64,000 nt of DNA from an uncultured delta proteobacterium (GTDB lineage: Bacteria > Myxococcota_A > Polyangia > Fen-1088), in NCBI GenBank assembly GCA_963767925.1, contig CAVYGB010000008.1, forward strand, positions 896,001 through 960,000, in the 5' to 3' direction. Positions within the stretch are counted from its first letter, which is position 1. Every line of letters starts with the position of its first letter. Under the pieces are notes generated by a model, which had not been told where the DNA came from, did not search any database, and saw only the letters and a list, made by a program, of their open reading frames with translations. This document shows positions 19,620-30,108 of the stretch, in pieces. The translations under genes were made by a program, and so were the position numbers.

Positions 19620-20636
19620 TCAGTTGCAAAATCCCGTGTCGGTGCCGCGAGGAATATCGCAAATGCCACTGATGCATTCGGCGGGAGCCAGGCAGCTCTG
19701 CCCATTCGCGCACGATTGGCCATCCATTGCCACGCTCGAGCAGGTGCCGACGGCGCCCTGACCCAGCACGCAGTCGGCGCTCGCCTCGCAAAGCAGGACC
19801 CCCGGACCGCCGCAGGCCTGGCCGGCCCTCGCGAAGCCGATCGCCGCACAGCGATTCCCGGCGCAGACCAGGCCCTTGTGGGCGGCGCACGAGTCGCGGC
19901 CCTGGCAGGCGCCATCCACGGCCTCGATCTGCGCTGCGCAGGCCTGACCCGCGCAAAACGAGCCGAATTTGCACGGCTGATCCGCGCTGCAGGCCATCCC
20001 GGGCGCGGAGGGGGCCGCGCAGGCGCCATTGACACTGCACTCGAGCCCGGGTCCACATTCGGCCGATTCGGCACAGGGGGCGCTCACCGGACCGAGTGGC
20101 GTGCAGCTCCCGCAGTTGATGCCCCTCGTGCGCTTGCAGAAGCCGCTGCCACACTGAAAGTCGCTGGCGCAGCCGTCCCCGTTGCCGCGGCGGCCCTTGA
20201 GGAGGCAGGAGGCGACCCCGCGGGAGGAGAAGGAATCGCAAGCCGCGCCGCCGAGCTCACCAGCGCAGGCCATCAGGAGAGGCGAGGTGATCTGCGAGCC
20301 GGGCGCGCCGGCGCCCGCGCTGCAGGCAACCGCCCTGCGAGCGGCGCAGGTGGCCATGTCGCCGAACGCATCCCGGAGCTCCGCCGGGGAGCATGCGCCC
20401 AGCTTCGCGCAGACGGCGCGTCCGTAAGCCGCGCACGCTGCCACCACGTCGGGGGGCACCGCCACCGATCCAACGCCACCCCGGGGCGGCTGGCCGCCGT
20501 TTGCGGGCGACACGAGGGCTCCGTCGTCACCCCCGCAACCCACCTGCGGAAAGCCGATCGAAGCTACGAAGACGGCGGCGAAGGCCCGGCAGGCGAACGG
20601 GCTCGCAGCGACACCACGCTTGAAGCACCAATACAT
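19620..20636 (-). CDS. Cys-rich secreted lipoprotein
   Basis: GGGAGG RBS; QVGC lipobox-like motif; repeated G..C.....C..G..C modules. Confidence 0.75.
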   Translation of the reverse strand: MYWCFKRGVAASPFACRAFAAVFVASIGFPQVGCGGDDGALVSPANGGQPPRGGVGSVAVPPDVVAACAAYGRAVCAKLGACSPAELRDAFGDMATCAARRAVACSAGAGAPGSQITSPLLMACAGELGGAACDSFSSRGVASCLLKGRRGNGDGCASDFQCGSGFCKRTRGINCGSCTPLGPVSAPCAESAECGPGLECSVNGACAAPSAPGMACSADQPCKFGSFCAGQACAAQIEAVDGACQGRDSCAAHKGLVCAGNRCAAIGFARAGQACGGPGVLLCEASADCVLGQGAVGTCSSVAMDGQSCANGQSCLAPAECISGICDIPRGTDTGFCN

Positions 20637-21013
20637 CGGTACCCTCCCAGGAAACGAGAGTTGCGGGGCTAGCGGGACACTAGGAGCGTCTCCGGAAGCA
20701 GTCAAGGTAGCGCGGGGATCCTTCCCGGCCGCGACTGCCCTCCCCGGGTCTTCCAAGCTCGCCCGACGCAGACGGCAGACCCCCGGAAGAGCCCGGCATG
20801 TGGGGCTTTTGGGGTGACATCCCGCCCTGTCCGCCCAGGCGCCGCGGCCTCGAAAATAGGGCGGCTGCGCTCAGGTTCCTGTCATGTTCCCGGCCAAAGC
20901 TGTGCCGCCTCGAGCAAGAACGGGTGACGCCGCAACCGTGTTTGGTCATTGGCAACGTCGTGTTCGACGTTTCTCTTCCTGGACAGGTAAATGGAACGAA
21001 CGCTGCAAACGAC

Positions 21014-22345
21014 ATGGACCGATTTCTCTGGCTGGTATTTGTCTCGTTCGCGACTGCTTCGATGGCTGCCTGTGCGCCGCACTCGGCCCACGACCGGCAG
21101 AGCGTGTCGCGCGAGCTCTCGGCCTTCTCGGGCAACGGGCTGAGGACGGATCCTGCCGCCCAGCCGAAGCTGCCCCCCGGCGTGGTCCTCGAGGACGGGC
21201 TGACGGAGGACGAGGCGGTCGCGGTGGCCCTGTGGAACAACGCTGGCTTTCAAGCGGAGCTAGCCACCTTGGGGATCGCCCGCGCCGACCTCGTCGACGC
21301 GGGCATGATCCAGAACCCGCTGTTGTCGCTGTTTCTGCCCTGGGGTCCCCGCCAGGCGGAGCTGACCGTGAGCTTGCCGCTGCAGGCGCTGTGGCAACGA
21401 GGGCGGCGGGTCGAGGCGGCGCAGCTGGACGTCGAGCGGGTGGCCAGCGGGCTGGTTGCCGCCGGGCTCGATCTGGTTCGCGACACGAAGATCACCTACG
21501 CCACGCTCGGGCTGGCGCAGGAGCGCGAGCGGCTGGGGCGCGAGGCGGTCGGCCTGCGGGGACGGGTTGCCGCGATCTCCGAGGCCCGGCTGCGCGCGGG
21601 GGACGTCAGCGTCCTCGAGGCGGGCGTGGTCCGGCTGGATGCGCGGCAGGCCGACGAGGAGCTGCTGCGGGCGCTGCTGGCGGTGGCCAGCGCCCGGGCG
21701 GCGCTGATCCGTCAGCTCGGGCTCGAGGGGACGCAGTCGGGCCTGAGGATCGGCGCGCTGGCGGTCGAGGCGCGCACCATCGGGAGCCTGGAGGCAGCGG
21801 TGCAAGTGGCCATGGCGGCGCGCCCCGACCTCCGGGCGGCCGAGCTGGCCATCGAGGCGGCGGGCGCGCGCCTGGGCTGGGAGAAGACGCGCATCGTGAG
21901 CAACCTCGACGCGGCCGCCAAGGCGACCGGCGGCAACGGGGAGTGGGTGGTCGGTCCAGGGATCTCGCTCGAGATCCCGCTGTTCAACCTGAACCAGGGG
22001 CCGCGGGCGCGGGCCCACGCCGAGATCGAGCGGGCCATCTGGCACTACGCCGCCACCCGGCACCGCCTGCTGCAGGAGGTGCACGACGCCCACCAGCGGT
22101 ACGCCCACACGGCCCAGGCCGAGGCGCTGTTGCGCAAGGAGATCCTGCCGGGGCTGGACGAGAACCTCGCGCGCGCGGAGAAGGCCTACGCCGCCGGCGA
22201 GGTGTCGTACCTGTTCGTGCTCGAGACGATGCGCCAGCGGCTGGAAGCCGGTTTACGCGCCGCTGACGCCACCGCCGAGCTAGCGCGGGCAGCGGCCCAG
22301 CTCGATCGCAGCATCGGGAGGAAACGTGTCGCAAAGAATCCCTGA
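21014..22345 (+). CDS. TolC/CzcC-family outer-membrane factor
   Basis: Lipobox MAAC; NP.L, RPDL.A, IPLFNLNQG, Y.AGE.SYL.VL; first gene of an RND operon. Confidence 0.9.
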   Translation: MDRFLWLVFVSFATASMAACAPHSAHDRQSVSRELSAFSGNGLRTDPAAQPKLPPGVVLEDGLTEDEAVAVALWNNAGFQAELATLGIARADLVDAGMIQNPLLSLFLPWGPRQAELTVSLPLQALWQRGRRVEAAQLDVERVASGLVAAGLDLVRDTKITYATLGLAQERERLGREAVGLRGRVAAISEARLRAGDVSVLEAGVVRLDARQADEELLRALLAVASARAALIRQLGLEGTQSGLRIGALAVEARTIGSLEAAVQVAMAARPDLRAAELAIEAAGARLGWEKTRIVSNLDAAAKATGGNGEWVVGPGISLEIPLFNLNQGPRARAHAEIERAIWHYAATRHRLLQEVHDAHQRYAHTAQAEALLRKEILPGLDENLARAEKAYAAGEVSYLFVLETMRQRLEAGLRAADATAELARAAAQLDRSIGRKRVAKNP

Positions 22346-23510
22346 AGATCTCCGCCGTGGTTTCGAGCACCGGTCGTTCCGCTGGCTCGCCCTGGCCCTG
22401 GTTGGGCTGGCGGCCTGTGGCAAGGTGGCGCCCAGCAAGGCGGCGCCCCCCGCCACGGTGTCCAATCCGCCCAAGGAGACCGATCTCACCACCGTCACGC
22501 TGACCGAGAAGGCCGACCAGCGCCTCGGGATCCGGACGGTGGCGGTGGCCCGGCGGAGCATCCCCCGCACGCGCGCCATGGGGGGCGAGATCCTGGTGCC
22601 GCCGGGTCAGGCGCTCACCGTCTCGGCTCCGGTGGCAGGGACGGTCCTGGCGGTGGCCGCGACTTTGCCCGCCGCGGGCAGCGAGGTCCGCCGCGGGCAG
22701 GTGGTCATGCGCCTGTATCCGCTGCCCGCCTCCTCGGATCTGACCTCCGCGGCGGTCCGGCTGGACACGGCCCGCAAGCGAGCGGTCCGGGCCGAGCAGC
22801 TCCTCAAGGATGAGGCCGGCAGCCAGCGTTCGGTGGAAGAGGCGCAGGCCGAGCTGGCGATGGCAGAAGCGCAGTCGGCGGCAGTCCGCCCCCGCCCGAG
22901 CAGCGGAGCCCGCAAGGGGGCGCTGGGGGTCGAGTCGCCGCAGGCCGGCGTGCTGCGGGACGTGTTCGTGGGCCCCGGGCAGTCGGTGGCCGCGGGCGCC
23001 CCCCTGTTCCAGGTGGAGGCGAGCAGCGTCCTCTGGGTGCGGGTGCCGGTCTACGTGGGGGATCTGGGGGGCGTGCAGGTGGGCAAGGCGGTGGAGGTGC
23101 AGCCGCTGGGCGCGGCCGCCGCGGCCGGTGTGCACACGGCCGTGCCCGCGGCGGCGCCGCCCTCGGCCAACCCGGAGGCCGCGAGCAGCGACCTCATCTT
23201 CCAGCTCGACAACAGCGCGGGCCTGTTCCGGCCGGGGCAGCGGGTCCGGGTGGCGCTCCCCCTGGTGGGCAGCGAGGAGGGGCTGGTGGTCCCCTGGTCA
23301 GCGGTGATCCACGACATTCACGGCGGCACCTGGGTGTACGAGCTGATCGCCCCCCGCGTCTACCGGCGGGTACGGGTGGAGGTGAAACACCTGGCCGGCA
23401 GTGACGCCGAGGCGCTGGCCGTGCTGGGCCGTGGTCCGGCGCCAGGCCGGAACGTCGTCGCGGTGGGCGCGGCCGAGCTGTTCGGGACCGAGTTCGGGAA
23501 CGGCAAATGA
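22326..23510 (+). CDS. RND periplasmic adaptor (CzcB-like)
   Basis: Lipobox LAAC; VSAPVAG and VESPQAG lipoyl halves; FRPGQRV; VPWSAV. Confidence 0.9.
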   Translation: MSQRIPEDLRRGFEHRSFRWLALALVGLAACGKVAPSKAAPPATVSNPPKETDLTTVTLTEKADQRLGIRTVAVARRSIPRTRAMGGEILVPPGQALTVSAPVAGTVLAVAATLPAAGSEVRRGQVVMRLYPLPASSDLTSAAVRLDTARKRAVRAEQLLKDEAGSQRSVEEAQAELAMAEAQSAAVRPRPSSGARKGALGVESPQAGVLRDVFVGPGQSVAAGAPLFQVEASSVLWVRVPVYVGDLGGVQVGKAVEVQPLGAAAAAGVHTAVPAAAPPSANPEAASSDLIFQLDNSAGLFRPGQRVRVALPLVGSEEGLVVPWSAVIHDIHGGTWVYELIAPRVYRRVRVEVKHLAGSDAEALAVLGRGPAPGRNVVAVGAAELFGTEFGNGK

Positions 23511-26500
23511 TGGCCTGGCTCGTCGAGCGGGCGCTGCGCCTGCGTCTGCTCGTGCTCTGCCTGACGGCGCTGCTGCTGGCGGGCGGCTGGCAGCTCGTGC
23601 GCTCTACCCCCCTCGACGTGTTCCCCGAGTTCGCCGCGCCCATCGTCGAGATCCAGACCGAGGCGCCCGGGCTCTCGACAACCGAGGTCGAGAGCCTGAT
23701 CACCGTGCCGCTCGAGAGCGCGTTGAGTGGGACCTCCTGGCTGCAGACGCTGCGCTCCAAGTCCGTGCTCGGCCTCTCCTCGGTGCTGCTCATCTTCGAG
23801 CCGGGGACCGATCTGATGCGCGCCCGCCAGCTCGTGGGTGAGCGGCTGAGCACGGCCTCGCAGCAGCTTCCGGCGGTCTCCCGGCCCCCGGTCATCCTCT
23901 CGCCGCTCTCCTCGATGAGCCGGGCCCTCAAGATCGGCATCTCCTCGAAGACGCTCGATCAGGTCGGCATGACCACCCTCGCGCGCTGGACCATCCGGCC
24001 TCGCCTGATGGCCATCCCCGGGGTGGCCAACGTGGCCATCTGGGGCCAGCGCGATCGCCAGGTGCAGGTGCTTGTCGATCCGGACCGGCTGGCGGCGCAC
24101 AAGGTGACGCTGGCCGAGGTGGTGGCGGTGACCCGGGAGGCCACCCAGCCGGCCGCCGGCGGCTTCATCGATACGCCCAACCAGCGCCTGTCGGTGAGCC
24201 ACCTGCAGGCGATCTCGGGGGCCGAGGACCTGGCCCGGGTGCCGGTCGCCTTCCGGAAGGGGTCGCCGCTGCGCCTGGGCGACGTCGCCGAGGTGGTGGA
24301 GGGGCACCAGGCACCCATCGGCGACGCCATCATCAACGACGGCCCGGGCCTCCTGCTCATCGTCGAGAAGCAGCCCTGGGGGAACACCCTCGAGGTCACC
24401 CGCAAGGTCGAGGAGGCCCTGGCGGCGATGCGGCCTGGACTCACGGACCTGGAGATCGACTCGACCATCTTCCGCCCTGCCACCTACATCGAGACCTCGC
24501 TGCGCAACTTGCGCACGGCTATCTTGATCGGCTGCTTGCTGGTGGTGGCCATCCTGGTGCTTTTTCTCTGGGACTGGCGCACGGCCTTCATCAGCGTGCT
24601 GGCCATCCCCCTGTCGCTGCTGGCGGCCGGGCTGGTCCTGTATCTGCGGGGGGGCACCATCAACACCATGGTGCTGGCGGGCCTGGTCATCGCGCTCGGC
24701 GAGGTGGTCGACGACGCCATCATCGACGTCGAGAACATCGTGCGCCGCTTGCGGGCCAACGTCGTCGCCGGCGCGCCGGCCAGCCCGTTCACGGTGATCC
24801 TCAAGGCCTCGCTGGAGGTGCGCAGCGCGGTCGTGTACGCGACCCTGATCGTCGCGCTGGTCTTCATACCCGTCTTCTTGCTCGACGGTCTGGCGGGGGC
24901 TTTCTTCCGACCACTGGCGGTCTCCTACCTGCTGGCCGTGCTGGCCTCGCTGGGAGTGGCCGTCGTGGTCACGCCGGCGCTGGCCTACCTGCTGCTGCCG
25001 GGGGCCATCCGGGCCGGCGAGGAGGTCGGCCGCCGGGGGTCCCCGCTCTTGCCGCTGCTTCGGCGTCGCTACCGGGCGCTGCTCCCCAAGCTCGTGGCGC
25101 GGCCCAAGATGGCGCTGGGGATCATCGGGGGCCTGCTCGGGCTCAGCTTCCTGACCGTGCCGTTCCTGGGCGAGGACTTCCTGCCGCACTTCAAGGAGCT
25201 GGACTTCCTCATGCACTGGGTGGAAAAGCCGGGCACCTCGCTGGAGGCGGGCCAGCGCATCACCCTGGCTGCCAGCCGCGAGCTGCGGGCGGTGCCGGGC
25301 GTTCGCAACTTCGGCTCACACATCGGGCGGGCCGAGGTGGCCGATGAGGTGGTGGGGCCCAACTTCACCGAGCTGTGGATCAGCCTCGATCCCGAGGTGG
25401 ACTACGACAGCACGGTGGCCAAGGTGCAGGAGATCGTCGACGGCTACCCCGGGCTGTATCGAGATCTCCTGACCTACCTCAAAGAGCGGATCAAGGAGGT
25501 CCTCACCGGCGCGGGCGGCTCGCTCGTCGTGCGGATCTTTGGTCCCAACCTGGATGGCCTGCGGGAGCAGGCGGCGGCCGTGGCGAAGGCCATCACGGGC
25601 GTCCCCGGGCTCGTCGACCTCAAGGTCGAGCCCCAGGTGCTGGTGCCGCAGATCGAGGTGGCCTATCGCGCCGAGGCGGCCGAGCCCTTCGGCCTGCACC
25701 CGGGCGACGTGCGGCGCGCCGCGACCACCATCGTGCAGGGGACCAAGGTGGGCGAGATCTACGAAGATCAGAAGATCTTCGACGTCGTCGTGTGGGGCGC
25801 GCCGGCGCACCGCCGCTCGCCCGAGTCGCTGCGCGAGCTGCCCATCGACACGCGCACCGGCGGGCAGGTGCCGCTGGGTGAGCTGGCCGACGTGCGGGTG
25901 GCCCCGGCCCCCAACGTGATCCAGCGAGAGAACGCCTCTCGCCGGATCGACGTCACCGCCAACGTGCGCGGCCGGGACCTCGGCAGCGTGGCCCGGGAGA
26001 TCGAGCGCCGGGTGCAGACGCTGTCGTTCCCCGCCGGTTACCACCCGGAGATGCTCGGGGAATACGCCGCCCGTCAGGCCTCCAGCCGGCGGCTGCTGGT
26101 CGCCGGGCTGCTGGCGCTGCTCGGAATCTTCCTGGTCTTGCACCTGGACTTCGGTTCGACCCGGACGGCCTTGCTGGTCTTCGCCAGTCTTCCGTTCGCC
26201 CTGGTGGGAGGGGTGGTCGGCGTGTTGCTGACCGGCGGAACCCTCTCGCTGGGCTCGCTGGTCGGCTTCATCACCGTGCTCGGCATCGCCGCGCGCAACG
26301 GCATCATGCTGGTGAGCCACTTCCGCCACCTCGAGCGCGAGGAGGGGATGCCCTTCGGTCAGGAGCTGGTGCTGCGCGGCGCCGAGGAGCGCCTGGCGCC
26401 CATCCTGATGACCGCGCTCGCCACCGGCCTGGCCCTGCTCCCGATCGCCGTGGGCGGTCTGCGCCCGGGTCAGGAGATCGAACACCCCCTGGCGGTGGTC

Positions 26501-26584
26501 ATCCTCGGCGGGCTGGCCACCTCGACGGTGCTCAACCTGTTTTTCATGCCCGCGCTGTACCTGCGCTACGGCCGGGGCCGATAG
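23507..26584 (+). CDS. Heavy-metal-family RND permease (CzcA/CusA-like)
   Basis: 1025 aa; [57 protein letters not shown]. Confidence 0.95.
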   Translation: MMAWLVERALRLRLLVLCLTALLLAGGWQLVRSTPLDVFPEFAAPIVEIQTEAPGLSTTEVESLITVPLESALSGTSWLQTLRSKSVLGLSSVLLIFEPGTDLMRARQLVGERLSTASQQLPAVSRPPVILSPLSSMSRALKIGISSKTLDQVGMTTLARWTIRPRLMAIPGVANVAIWGQRDRQVQVLVDPDRLAAHKVTLAEVVAVTREATQPAAGGFIDTPNQRLSVSHLQAISGAEDLARVPVAFRKGSPLRLGDVAEVVEGHQAPIGDAIINDGPGLLLIVEKQPWGNTLEVTRKVEEALAAMRPGLTDLEIDSTIFRPATYIETSLRNLRTAILIGCLLVVAILVLFLWDWRTAFISVLAIPLSLLAAGLVLYLRGGTINTMVLAGLVIALGEVVDDAIIDVENIVRRLRANVVAGAPASPFTVILKASLEVRSAVVYATLIVALVFIPVFLLDGLAGAFFRPLAVSYLLAVLASLGVAVVVTPALAYLLLPGAIRAGEEVGRRGSPLLPLLRRRYRALLPKLVARPKMALGIIGGLLGLSFLTVPFLGEDFLPHFKELDFLMHWVEKPGTSLEAGQRITLAASRELRAVPGVRNFGSHIGRAEVADEVVGPNFTELWISLDPEVDYDSTVAKVQEIVDGYPGLYRDLLTYLKERIKEVLTGAGGSLVVRIFGPNLDGLREQAAAVAKAITGVPGLVDLKVEPQVLVPQIEVAYRAEAAEPFGLHPGDVRRAATTIVQGTKVGEIYEDQKIFDVVVWGAPAHRRSPESLRELPIDTRTGGQVPLGELADVRVAPAPNVIQRENASRRIDVTANVRGRDLGSVAREIERRVQTLSFPAGYHPEMLGEYAARQASSRRLLVAGLLALLGIFLVLHLDFGSTRTALLVFASLPFALVGGVVGVLLTGGTLSLGSLVGFITVLGIAARNGIMLVSHFRHLEREEGMPFGQELVLRGAEERLAPILMTALATGLALLPIAVGGLRPGQEIEHPLAVVILGGLATSTVLNLFFMPALYLRYGRGR

Positions 26585-26649
26585 GACGGGCTAGTGCACC
26601 AGGGACTGCTTTCGAAGTAGTCGGGTTCCCTCGCTTCGCTCGGGCCCGA

Positions 26650-27636
26650 CTAGGCGAAGCAGTCGTCGTGGGCGTGCATCTGGCGATCGAGGGCCAGCTT
26701 GTGTTTCACCGACAGCTCGCCGGACAGCGAGCGCATCTCGGCCCGGGGCAGCGCCTTGAAGGCCCGGGCTATCTGGACGTTCTCCTCGAGGTGCTCGAGC
26801 TTCGGCATGCCGACCACCGCGGTGGCCACCGGCAGCGACAGCGAGTAGCGAAGCAGCTTGTTCGGGGGGGCGGCGCCGACCAGGGCGTCCTGCCCGAAGA
26901 TCTTCATGGCGATGATGCCCATCTTCTTCGCCCGGGCCACCGGCAAGGCCACGGTCTCGAAGCTGATCGGCAGGTCGCTGTTCGGAGCCTTGCCGGCGGG
27001 GCTGGGCTTCATCCCCTGGAGCGCGGCATTGAGGGCCATCTGCGTGCAGTCGAAGTCGTGACGCTCGAGCGCGGTCTTGAGCACGAGGGGGTTGGTGTGG
27101 CAGCTGATGCCGATGAAGCGGGCGACCTTCTGATCGCGCATCTTGCGCAGGACCGCCAGCACGCCGTCCTTGGCCTCGATGGCCGCCAGATCGTCCTCCC
27201 CCTTGAGGTCGTGGATGTGGAGCAGATCGACGTGGTCAGTCTGAAGACGTTTCAGGCTGCCCTCGATGATGGCCATGGCCTCATCGCCCTTGCGCTTGCT
27301 CACCTTGGTCGCCAGGAAGACGTCCTTGCGTCGGTCCTTCATCACCTTGCCCACCCGCTCCTCGCTCAGCCCGTTGCCGTAGACGAAGGCCGTGTCCATG
27401 TAGGTGATGCCGAGATCGAACGCGCGATGGAGGGCGGCGAGCGCCTTGTCCTCGTCCTTGTACATGAGGAAGCGGCTGCCTCCACCCATCGCCAGGATCG
27501 AGACCCGCACGCCGGTCTTGCCCAGCACCCGCGTCGGCAGTCGCCCCTCCGAGGCTCTTGCTTGCCCGCGCCAGGTCGCCCCGGCCGCCACGCTGACTCC
27601 GGTACCCTTCAGAAAGCGTCGTCTCGAGAGCGTCAT
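26650..27636 (-). CDS. Tat-exported aldo/keto reductase
   Basis: SRRRFLK Tat motif; R.LGKTG, DTA..Y, FLATK, SLKRLQTDHVDLLHIH, IAMK. Confidence 0.92.
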   Translation of the reverse strand: MTLSRRRFLKGTGVSVAAGATWRGQARASEGRLPTRVLGKTGVRVSILAMGGGSRFLMYKDEDKALAALHRAFDLGITYMDTAFVYGNGLSEERVGKVMKDRRKDVFLATKVSKRKGDEAMAIIEGSLKRLQTDHVDLLHIHDLKGEDDLAAIEAKDGVLAVLRKMRDQKVARFIGISCHTNPLVLKTALERHDFDCTQMALNAALQGMKPSPAGKAPNSDLPISFETVALPVARAKKMGIIAMKIFGQDALVGAAPPNKLLRYSLSLPVATAVVGMPKLEHLEENVQIARAFKALPRAEMRSLSGELSVKHKLALDRQMHAHDDCFA

Positions 27637-27779
27637 GCGGGCCTCCTCGCAGGAATAGTCCAGACCATATTACATCGGCCCTCTCCGCACGCCGGCAATC
27701 GGCGCGGGCGGAACGGCAGGGGGGCGGAAGCGCCGGGGGGCGAAAGCCGGCTCGCATCCGCGGCCCCCCCCGCGGCCCG

Positions 27780-28145
27780 TCATTCGTATTTGATGGTCGA
27801 GGCCGTCAGGAGCTTCTTGCCTTTGCTCTCGTGGACCTTTCCCGTGACCGTGGCGGCCTTCGGGGTCCCGCTGCAGACCATCTCGTGATTGTCCTTGGCG
27901 GTCTTGTTGTCGGCCAGGTAGTACCGCGTCTCCTTGCCCCCCTCGGCGACCTTGAGGACGTTCTGGCACTTTTCGCTCTCGTGCAGGGCGCATTTGGCGC
28001 AGACCATCTCACCTTTGAGGGTCAGCTCGGCGGCGGCCTTGGCCTCGCTCTTGTGAGTCTTGTCCTTGGCGTCGCCGGCATACGCGGGCGGGCCTGCCAG
28101 AACGGCAGACAACAGCAGCATCGAGACAGACAGGGCAGTCTTCAT
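27780..28145 (-). CDS. Small secreted Cys/His protein (DUF6370-like)
   Basis: Signal peptide ending AYA; LKGEMVCAKC..KC and HEMVC. Confidence 0.7.
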   Translation of the reverse strand: MKTALSVSMLLLSAVLAGPPAYAGDAKDKTHKSEAKAAAELTLKGEMVCAKCALHESEKCQNVLKVAEGGKETRYYLADNKTAKDNHEMVCSGTPKAATVTGKVHESKGKKLLTASTIKYE

Positions 28146-28302
28146 TTCTTTCCTCCCGGGCCGCGCGGGGCGCGGTCCGTCAACAACGTCGGTTTGTGGA
28201 TCGAGAACACCCGGACCGGCCAGCCCCTGGGGTCACCACCAGCAGTAGTGACCCATCTCGGGTCTCGCTGCCGCTTTCCTCACACACCCGCCCGCCCATT
28301 CC

Positions 28303-28890
28303 TCAGCGGTGGAGCAGCTTGAGGCCGATCTGGGGGCCCATGCCCAGGGTGTGGCCGAGCTGGATGTTCAGGTAGCCCAGGGGCTCGAGCAGGCGGGCGT
28401 TCCGGAGCGGGCCGGCGTCGACCGGGTCGAAGCCGATCTCCCGGGCCAGCTCCAGGATGGCCGCGCGGGAGGCGGCGTCGTCGCCGGCGGCGAAGGCGGT
28501 CAGGGGGTCGCTGCCGAGACGGCCCGTCTCCATGTGCTGGGCGAAGACGGTGTTGAAGGCCTTGACCACGTGGGCCCGCGGCACGCGCCGCTGCAGCTCC
28601 TCGGCCCCGCTGGTCGTGAACCCGAGCGCCAGATTCATGTCGGCGTCGAGGGCGTTGGTCACGTCGACCACCGGCTTGCCGTCGAGGAAACGGCCGGTGG
28701 TCTCGACCACGTCGGCCAGGGCTGCGAAGGGGACGGCGAGGATCACGATCTGCGCCCAGTCCGCGGCCTCGGCCAGGGCGTTCTTGTCTTTGCCCACCGC
28801 CTTGACCTCGTGACCCGCCCGCCGCAAGCCGCGGCTCAGGGCGCTGCCCACCTTGCCAATGCCGACGATTCCGATGCGATCGAGCGCCAT
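28303..28890 (-). CDS. NADPH-dependent F420 reductase-family oxidoreductase
   Basis: GGAGG RBS; GIVGIGKVG Rossmann motif; ILAVP, VVDVTN, TSGAEE, VVKAFNT, GF.PVDAGPL.NAR. Confidence 0.88.
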   Translation of the reverse strand: MALDRIGIVGIGKVGSALSRGLRRAGHEVKAVGKDKNALAEAADWAQIVILAVPFAALADVVETTGRFLDGKPVVDVTNALDADMNLALGFTTSGAEELQRRVPRAHVVKAFNTVFAQHMETGRLGSDPLTAFAAGDDAASRAAILELAREIGFDPVDAGPLRNARLLEPLGYLNIQLGHTLGMGPQIGLKLLHR

Positions 28891-29119
28891 GTTGCCTCCG
28901 GCGGGTTGTCCGTGGCCACCGGCACCGTCGCCGCCGTCCACGCCGATCAGTGTCGTCCCTGCCAGCGCCGGCGCCATCCGGCCGCACCCCCATTCCCGTG
29001 TCGCGTTCCGGATGTCCTGCCAGGCGCCCGTGACGCCGGTCAAGCCGCGACGGACTGCCCCGTCAACGGATGACTCGCACCGCTGGCTTTCCGCGCCTCC
29101 CTGCGCGAAGCTCGGCGCG

Positions 29120-30027
29120 ATGGTCAGCCCCTGGCGCTACCTCGAGCCCGCGCCCCCGCCCCCGCCCGGGCGACATCTCGATCACCTGTTTTAGGGTTTG
29201 ATGCAGCCGGTGCTGGCTGGCCGGCTGCTCGTTCGCGAGCGGTCGCTGCTGCGGGCGGCGCTGGTTCCGGTGGGATGGCTCGCCGCCTTCTGCGCGGGCT
29301 GGGGGCTCCTCCACTTCGACGGTGGGCCGGCCGCGATGGTTCGCCACTTCTATCAGAGCTTCGCCTTCCTGGCGCCCGTCCCGTCGGTGCTGCTGGCGGC
29401 GCACTACGCGCGCATGGTGGTGCGAGCCCGGACCTGCCTGGGCTTGCCGCCGCCGCGCCGAGGCTGGAGACCTTGTGGCGGCGTCTTCGCCACGCGCTCG
29501 CCCAGGCGGTGCTGATCGGGGTGGCCATCGCGCCGGCGACTTTGCTGCTCGACCAGGTGCCCCTGCTCGGTGCGACGCTGGTCCGGGTGGCGGCGGGCGG
29601 GTGAGCGCTGCACTGGATCGTTGTCGAGGCCTTCGACGCCAGCCGGGTGGCCGAGGCGGAGCGGGCAGGGCAGGCGCCCGGAGAGGTGAGCGCTCCGGGC
29701 GACCGTGCACCCTGGTTCGTGCGGGCGCTCTCGCGGGCGGCCGCCCGGTTGCCGGTGGGGGGCTGGCCGGCCCGGCGGTTTGCCCGGTTCTGCGACAGGC
29801 TGGCCCGTCCCTGGCGTGAGGACATCGCGGTGGTCGAGGGGCACCCCTTGCTGGTGCTGGGCTTCGGGGTGGCAACCGCCGCGCTGCTGGCGACGCCCGT
29901 GCTCAACCTGTTCTTCCGCCCCATCGTGCTGGTGGGCGCGGTCCACGTGCTCGGGCACTTTGCGCTCGAAGGCCCCGCTCAGGACGTCGCCGGCGTGGGC
30001 GACGGGTTGGTGCTGCCCCCGGGCTGA
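29120..30027 (+). pseudogene. Multi-TM (EI24/CysZ-like) membrane protein pseudogene
   Basis: Continuous hydrophobic reading broken by TAG at 29192-29194, a frameshift near 29455 and TGA at 29602-29604; ends in PVLNLFFRPIVLVGA. Confidence 0.6.
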
Positions 30028-30108
30028 GCACCTCCAGCATTTGCGACGTGCTCCAGACGAGCGTGGGCTTTCACGCCACGGTGGCACCGTCTGGATCGTT
30101 GTGGTCGA

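Noticed and set aside
29192..29604. Stop-codon recoding (pyrrolysine or selenocysteine)
   Set aside because: The gene has both TAG and TGA plus a frameshift, and other genes use these codons as normal stops.
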